64,000 nt of DNA from Anaerolineales bacterium (lineage in GTDB: Bacteria > Chloroflexota > Anaerolineae > Anaerolineales > Villigracilaceae): the NCBI GenBank assembly GCA_036781265.1, contig DAIQBG010000011.1, positions 22,349-86,348 on the forward strand, in the 5' to 3' direction. Both the position numbers and the translations under genes were made by a program. Below the pieces are notes generated by a model that was given only the letters and a program-made list of their open reading frames with translations, had not been told where the DNA came from and searched no databases. This document shows, in pieces, positions 58,120-64,000 of this stretch; position 1 is the first letter of the stretch, and every line of letters starts with the position of its first letter.

Positions 58120-61100
58120 TCAATTCTCGATTGTCACCTCGCCGATATTGTCGTCGTTACCGGGCGCCTCCCAGTCGAGCAAGTGGTACGGATCGATGCC
58201 GGCCAGGTCGGGCTTGCGCGGCACCGTCAACGTGATCGTCTGCTTGCCCGAGCGGATGCGATGCATCTGTGTATAGAGCGGCGTGCTCAACTCATCGCTT
58301 CCTTCTCCGGGACCAAACACTCCGATCTGCACCCATTCATCCATCGGCAGCTCAGTCTCCACGCCCGCTTCGTCAACCACGACCTTGCGGGCCCAGACCT
58401 CGAGTGTCACCTGCCAGGTGCTCGCTTCTGTCTGCTCCGCCGTGACGTGCTCCGTCTCGAACTCCCAGTACGTGTTCACCTCGAACAGATCGCGCAGCAG
58501 GTATTGTAGCGAATCAGGTGTGACTTCCTGCAGCTCACGATACAGATCCAGGGTTGTCGCCAGGGGAGCCCCGGCCTGGCTGTGCTTCTCGATCAAGCGC
58601 CGGAGTGCGAGGTTCACCGGCTCCTCGCCGACGTACTCGCTCAAGGCGTACATAGCGAAGGGACCTTTGCGGTAGGATAAGTAGGGATCGAGCGCCCGGA
58701 GCAGCGGTTCACCGCGGCGTATCGGCCGGAATGGATACGGTTGCCGCATGAAGGCCAGAAGCTGGCGGAGCTGCATATCCCCGCGTGAGTCTTTCATAAG
58801 CTGTATCGCGGAGTACCACGCCAGGCTCTCGGAAAGCACCGGGGCCCCCTCGACAATGGCGTACGGGAGCTGCCCGCCCCACCACTGGTGTGCCATCTCG
58901 TGTGCCATCACCGCATAGGGCATGGCGAGGCTCCGCTGTTCATCCTCGGGAATCCAGAAGGGAAAGCCTTGCCCATAAGAGATCAGGCCGGGATCGGCGT
59001 GGGCACCCGTGCCGAGAGCCCCGGGATGCTCGACGATACTGAGGTGACTGTACGGATAAGGACCAAACTGCTCGGTGTAGTAGTCCAGCGAGTCCTGCAC
59101 GCTTTGCAGCATGCCTTCCAGGTGGGCGATGTGCTCCGGGTGATGGAAGATCCGGACCGCCACAACCTGTCCAGCCCCTGCGGGATCCTCCCACTGCCCT
59201 TTGTGCACCGCGTAATCTGCAGAGAAGAACGCCCACTCGGTCCCGACCGGGGCATCGGCGGAATAGTGGAAGTAGCGGCGGCCGCCTTCGGTCCACGTCC
59301 GGCGCAGCGCTCCCGGCGCGACAGCAACCTGGTCCTCGTCCGTCACCACCACCGCATCAAACGCGATCCCCGCCCCGCGCGTCGCGGGCTCGTGCTCTTT
59401 GTCATCGTAGAGGGAGGCGATCACCGGCCGCGGCGCAAGTCCGTGCGCCCGCCGGTCTGCGGCGCTGATGATCTCGCGAGTTGGCTGATAGCCGACGAAG
59501 GGGAACCACGCCTCACTGGTGAAGTAGCTGCCATTCACCGCCACCGAGGGGTCAACGCCGCGGTTACCGAAGCCACGCCGTTCGACATGTACCTCGAAGT
59601 CCAGCCGCAGCGTTTCGCCGGGCTGGAGCGGGCTCTCTAGGGTGTAGATACGATAGCCCTGTGCTTCGTCATTGACTGCAAGCATAGCCATCCGATCAAA
59701 TGATGCGGCTCGAGTCTCGACACCTCCGATCGCCGTGCTCATGTGGATGGAATCGATCGCAACAGCGCTGCTGTTCACGAGATGATACGAGCCGCGAATC
59801 TCCACCGCCCCCCGTTCAGGATAGATCTCTACTCGCAGGTTCGTCCCGGTCAGTCGAGGCTGCGTGATGTTCTCGTACTGGCTGTAGCGGCGCTCGTACT
59901 CAGCACGCCGCTCCGTAATCTCGGAGCTGGAGAAATACTCGTTGAGAACATTCGTGTTATAGAAGATGAACCCACCCAGCGTGAGAATGAGAACTGCCCC
60001 TGCGCCGGCAACCCAGACTGTAGGACGCGTAAAACGACGGCGAGCCAGCCGGAACCGCACTCCAAAGCCTGTCTCCTTGCCGCGCACCCAGAGCAGTCTT
60101 GCCGCGACCGCGAGCAGCAACGCCCATGCAGCCCAGTAAAGCTTAAACCAGGCCCAGGGCTCTAGCGACGCGCCGAAGCCGCGTATCTCTGTATACGACC
60201 AGCCAGGACCGGTCCCGTAGACGAGCAGGTTGTGCTCGATTCCGAGCATCCTCGCCAGCACGGCGATGAATGCGTAGGCAAGGATCGCCACCAGGTGACC
60301 GATATACTTCTGGTCCACCAGCACGTGCACCACGAGGGCGAGCACGGCGAAGAGGAGGTACTCGGGAAGCTGAAGCCCGAAAAGGGTCTTCAGGTACAGT
60401 TCGATATCGAAGTCCTGGTACCCCAGTATTGCCTGAGCCAGCATGCCGGCCGCCGTCAGGAATGCCATGAACACGACGAGCACAAGGCTGAGGCCCAGGA
60501 ACTTGCCGAGGAATAGAATCCAGTCTGACACCGGCATCGCGTCCGTAAGCTCGCCCAGCCCAGCCTCCCGTTCCCGCCAGACGAGCTCGCCGGCAAAGAA
60601 TACAATGAAGAGCGGGATGATCACCCAACGGCTCGGCTCCGCGGCCAGTTCAGCGGACAGACCGCCCGTCAATTCCCTGAGCACTCGCGCGGTAGTCGGG
60701 ACCAGCGGGACGCCGAGGGCCGCCATTTGATCGATGACGATGAGCACGGTCAGAAGCGGGATGGCTATGATCATAACAAGGCCGGCCCAGCTCGTCGCCA
60801 GGGTCCGGAACGACGTCCAGGCGATGGCAAGCGTCTGACGCGCCTGCAGGGCAAAGCCGAACCTGTTCGTCGCTTCGCTACTCAGTGCAGGCGCAATGAC
60901 GCCAGTTGCAGCAGGCGTTGGGGCGTGCATATCCTGGTGCACCATCCGGCGCCTCCACCAGGTGCTTTCGATGCGATGGGCAAAGCGAAAGCGCAGGTAA
61001 GTGACAGCGAGAGCCCCCAGACCAACGCCGAGCCACAGGATGCGGTTCGCGAGCACCGCCCCCTCCAACGCCAGGAGGCGCCAGCTCTTCTCGAACGTCG

Positions 61101-61773
61101 TCCACAAATGCGCCAGATCTTCTACGATGAGGTTGATACCGATCGGATCCAGGAGCGTCCCCAGACCCGGCCTGGCAACCCAATACACGAAGGTGGCAAC
61201 GAAGAAGCCCATGAAGACGAGGAACAGACTTCCCAGGTAGCCCGCCATGCCGCGGCCGGTCCGCGCCGCCAGTGAGAACTGAAGCGCCGCAGCGACGAAT
61301 GCGTTCGGCAGCGAGATGAAGAAGTAGGCTGTGAGAAATACCTCCGGACGGAACGGACCGATCACCTGGGGGTCTATACCAGGCGAGTAGACACCGAGCA
61401 GGATGCCCGCCTGCACGGCGAGTAAGAGCAAGGCGTTGAGCACCAGGGCGGCCAGGAATCGCCCGCCGAGATATTCGGCCTTGCTGACGGGCGCTGTGTA
61501 GGTGAGGGGATACATCCCCGTCGACACGTCCCGCGCCGCCGCTTCACCGGCTACGGCCGCGGCCACCAGGGTCCAAAATAGCGTGCCAAACACCGTAGTT
61601 TTCGCGACGGCGAATGACGAGTTGGCGAAGAAATCCTCGTACAGCGCGTCGGCGAGGGATTGGTCTCTCGCACTCAGAAAAGAGAGCACGAATAAGACGG
61701 CGAAGATCAGCCAAGGCCAGGCACGGCGTACCTGGTAAGCGAATTCGAAACGGAAAATTCCCAGGAGCTTCAT
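58120..61773 (-). CDS. ABC-2 permease fused to an M1-family aminopeptidase
   Basis: Two permease TM blocks, then YTEQFGPYPY, AHEMAHQWWG and ESLA gluzincin motifs. Confidence 0.9.
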   Translation of the reverse strand: MKLLGIFRFEFAYQVRRAWPWLIFAVLFVLSFLSARDQSLADALYEDFFANSSFAVAKTTVFGTLFWTLVAAAVAGEAAARDVSTGMYPLTYTAPVSKAEYLGGRFLAALVLNALLLLAVQAGILLGVYSPGIDPQVIGPFRPEVFLTAYFFISLPNAFVAAALQFSLAARTGRGMAGYLGSLFLVFMGFFVATFVYWVARPGLGTLLDPIGINLIVEDLAHLWTTFEKSWRLLALEGAVLANRILWLGVGLGALAVTYLRFRFAHRIESTWWRRRMVHQDMHAPTPAATGVIAPALSSEATNRFGFALQARQTLAIAWTSFRTLATSWAGLVMIIAIPLLTVLIVIDQMAALGVPLVPTTARVLRELTGGLSAELAAEPSRWVIIPLFIVFFAGELVWREREAGLGELTDAMPVSDWILFLGKFLGLSLVLVVFMAFLTAAGMLAQAILGYQDFDIELYLKTLFGLQLPEYLLFAVLALVVHVLVDQKYIGHLVAILAYAFIAVLARMLGIEHNLLVYGTGPGWSYTEIRGFGASLEPWAWFKLYWAAWALLLAVAARLLWVRGKETGFGVRFRLARRRFTRPTVWVAGAGAVLILTLGGFIFYNTNVLNEYFSSSEITERRAEYERRYSQYENITQPRLTGTNLRVEIYPERGAVEIRGSYHLVNSSAVAIDSIHMSTAIGGVETRAASFDRMAMLAVNDEAQGYRIYTLESPLQPGETLRLDFEVHVERRGFGNRGVDPSVAVNGSYFTSEAWFPFVGYQPTREIISAADRRAHGLAPRPVIASLYDDKEHEPATRGAGIAFDAVVVTDEDQVAVAPGALRRTWTEGGRRYFHYSADAPVGTEWAFFSADYAVHKGQWEDPAGAGQVVAVRIFHHPEHIAHLEGMLQSVQDSLDYYTEQFGPYPYSHLSIVEHPGALGTGAHADPGLISYGQGFPFWIPEDEQRSLAMPYAVMAHEMAHQWWGGQLPYAIVEGAPVLSESLAWYSAIQLMKDSRGDMQLRQLLAFMRQPYPFRPIRRGEPLLRALDPYLSYRKGPFAMYALSEYVGEEPVNLALRRLIEKHSQAGAPLATTLDLYRELQEVTPDSLQYLLRDLFEVNTYWEFETEHVTAEQTEASTWQVTLEVWARKVVVDEAGVETELPMDEWVQIGVFGPGEGSDELSTPLYTQMHRIRSGKQTITLTVPRKPDLAGIDPYHLLDWEAPGNDDNIGEVTIEN

Positions 61774-62681
61774 AGAGCCACACCCGGATGTGGCTGCGCG
61801 CGGCGTTGGCCGATGTACCCCGCCATCGTGCTGAAGTAGACGTCCTCCAGGTCCGGCTCGGCGGGCTCAAAGCCTGTGCCGGGCGCCTCGTCGCCGTACA
61901 CGCGCACGAGAGTGCGCCCGGCGAGGAGCTTCGTCGAGATCACTGCGTGTCCTCGCCCCAGCTCTGCCAGTTCGCTCTTCTCGATCACCTTGCGCCAGAC
62001 CCGCCCTCCCATTTCCTCGATCGCACCGAGCGGCTCGGCCTCCAGCAGGATCTCGCCCCGATCGATGATCGCCATCCGCGTACACAGCTGACTGACATCC
62101 TCGACGATGTGGGTAGAGAGGAGGACGACACTGTTCTCGCCCAGCTCGCTCAACAAGTTCAGGAATCGCACGCGCTCAGCCGGGTCGAGACCGGCCGTCG
62201 GTTCGTCCACAATCATCAGCTTTGGTCTGCCGAGGAGCGCCACAGCGACCCCGAAGCGCTGTTTCATGCCCCCCGAGAAGCCTCCGAGCTTCTGCTTGCG
62301 GACATCCCACAGGTTCACCTGCCGGAGAATGATCTCCACAGCAGCTTTGCGCGCCCGGCGCTCTGCAATGCCCTTGAGCAACGCGAAATGATCGAGCAGG
62401 TCCTCTGCGCTGACCTTCGGATAGACGCCAAATTCCTGGGGCAGGTAGCCGAGCGTCTTGCGCATGGCATCCTTCTGGCTCAGCACGTCCGTATCACCAA
62501 GCCAGACGCTGCCTTCATCCGGCTCTTGCAGCGTGGCCAGGATGCGCATGAGTGTAGACTTTCCGGCACCGTTTGGGCCAAGAAGCCCGAACATTCCACT
62601 AGGGATTGTGAGGGTTATATTTTTTAATGCTTGAACACCATTAGTGTACGTTTTGTTGATGTTGGTAATTTTGAGTGTCAT
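61770..62681 (-). CDS. ABC transporter ATP-binding protein
   Basis: GPNGAGKS, FSGGMKQR, IVDEPTAGLD, STH. Confidence 0.95.
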   Translation of the reverse strand: MTLKITNINKTYTNGVQALKNITLTIPSGMFGLLGPNGAGKSTLMRILATLQEPDEGSVWLGDTDVLSQKDAMRKTLGYLPQEFGVYPKVSAEDLLDHFALLKGIAERRARKAAVEIILRQVNLWDVRKQKLGGFSGGMKQRFGVAVALLGRPKLMIVDEPTAGLDPAERVRFLNLLSELGENSVVLLSTHIVEDVSQLCTRMAIIDRGEILLEAEPLGAIEEMGGRVWRKVIEKSELAELGRGHAVISTKLLAGRTLVRVYGDEAPGTGFEPAEPDLEDVYFSTMAGYIGQRRAQPHPGVAL

Positions 62682-63042
62682 AATTTCGATTCCGGTCCTC
62701 TGTAGCAAGGTAAACCAGGCTTTCTAATCCGATTACAAATCGGATACATTTTCGGAGCCTCATTGGGCCTAGGACTGTAACTTTTCGCGCATGCACTTCC
62801 TACCTCTATCAGAAAACTCAAAGCTTATCCTAAATATAAACACCTCTCAGACATAAAATGAGACAGGGGATTGTTGCGCCCAACGGCTCGCGTCAGCCTC
62901 GCGTGCACACTTGGTTGGGAGCTTTTTTCAAGAACCTGCCTCTAAGTCACCGAGAGGATTTCCTTAGCAGGAATCGCTGAACAATGATTCGCGTTTCAGC
63001 CCGGGGAAAGCCAACAGCCTGCCTTGCGACCGGCGGAACGAT

Positions 63043-63075
63043 AAGTCCCGCCTCAAAGCGGGACTTTAGTTTTTT
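63043..63075. terminator. Hairpin downstream of the ABC permease gene
   Basis: aagtcccgc-ctcaaa-gcgggactt stem. Confidence 0.55.
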
Positions 63076-63096
63076 GAACATAGAATTATCATTGCC

Positions 63097-64000
63097 TCAC
63101 TCGTAGCGGAATCTCATCACGCCCACTGCAAAAAAGACAGCCGCAAACCCGAGCAGGACTCCTGCCTCCGGCAGGATTTCCACCAGGCCTCCGCCGCGCA
63201 AGCCCAGGTCCAACATGCCTTCCATCGCCCAGGTGGTGGGCAGGATTCGTACAGCATTCTGTATCGCAGGCGGGAACAGCTCCAGTGGGTACATACATCC
63301 CCCCAGCATGGCGAAAAGCATGCCGAACATGATGCTCAATCCGACGGCCTGCCCTGCGGTCTTGATGAACGTTCCCAATGTGGTGCCGAACGCCGCCGCC
63401 GCAAGAGCGGATGCGAATAACAGAACGAACAGAGCAAGGGGTTCACGTCCCCAATTGAGTTTCATCGCAAAGATGCCGAATCCGACCAGCAGAAACATTT
63501 GAATCAACGCCATTCCCACCTGACCTGAGATCGTGCCCAGTAAAAATGTCGTTTTGCTTGAAGGGGTTGTCAGCAGGCGGCGCAGCGTCCCTCCCTGGCG
63601 CTCGGAGGCGAACAATGCCGAGATCCCGAACAACGGGATGAACACCCACGTGATCAATTGCCCGGCAGACGTATTGGTGCGCGGGTCATAATCGATCTCG
63701 TCTGGCGTTGTGCCTTCGACCACGGTCACACGTTCAGGCGCGTCCTCCTGGATGGACCGTGCCATAACCAGCGAATCCTCAAAATAGGTCTGTTTCTCTG
63801 CATCGGATGCAAAAGCTTGTATTGCTTCACGCACATGGACCGCGTTCTGCGCCGCAGATATGGAACTGCTCACCCTTCGGATCGCTGTCAGCACAGCCCG
63901 CTTGGCGATGGTTGCATTCAGGTTATTTGGCTGTTGAAGTAATTTGACCACTGCCGAGCCGTTTTGCAGCGCTTCGATGTCGATTCCGGCAGGGATAAGG
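63097..64000 (-). CDS. ABC-2 type transporter permease (5' end beyond the window)
   Basis: 'SERQGGTLRRLLTTP', 'LGGCMYPLE', C-terminal TMs; the frame stays open upstream of the listed start. Confidence 0.88.
   Translation of the reverse strand, partial: LIPAGIDIEALQNGSAVVKLLQQPNNLNATIAKRAVLTAIRRVSSSISAAQNAVHVREAIQAFASDAEKQTYFEDSLVMARSIQEDAPERVTVVEGTTPDEIDYDPRTNTSAGQLITWVFIPLFGISALFASERQGGTLRRLLTTPSSKTTFLLGTISGQVGMALIQMFLLVGFGIFAMKLNWGREPLALFVLLFASALAAAAFGTTLGTFIKTAGQAVGLSIMFGMLFAMLGGCMYPLELFPPAIQNAVRILPTTWAMEGMLDLGLRGGGLVEILPEAGVLLGFAAVFFAVGVMRFRYE

Noticed and set aside
62878..62920. Integron attC-like site (gcccaac...gttggga)
   Set aside because: Only 43 bp, imperfect R' box, single copy, and no integrase in the window; at most a remnant

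Overview
Bacterial chromosomal window, gene-dense and moderately GC-rich. Gene content suggests Chloroflexota, probably Anaerolineales (inference): P/T-rich linker membrane proteins, acidic PDWL/DLSWL repeat proteins, an LPxTG protein, bacterial Elp3 and apparent leaderless genes. It holds about 53 CDS and one tRNA-Glu(TTC); no CRISPR, rRNA, integrase or transposase was seen. Housekeeping genes include a phosphohexomutase, prs, mutM, elp3, a DnaJ-class chaperone, an HtrA protease, lepB, and a split methylmalonyl-CoA mutase with meaB. The standout is the operon at 45554-51642. It encodes a single-pass membrane protein ending in a cytoplasmic Cys-Ala tail (GCACACACAGCACACAGGGR), then an intact PqqD/RRE-radical SAM-SPASM enzyme, then a paralogue that has lost every Fe-S cysteine (a pseudo-radical SAM), then a methyltransferase and a Cys-based phosphatase. 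This looks like RiPP-type modification machinery aimed at a membrane protein tail. Other uncharacterised modules are an 8-gene GlmL-like membrane operon (5153-13442) and a DUF2089-type regulator with a triple operator upstream of a 29-aa His-repeat solenoid protein (36478-38563). Product calls come from motif recognition only; no database searches were run.
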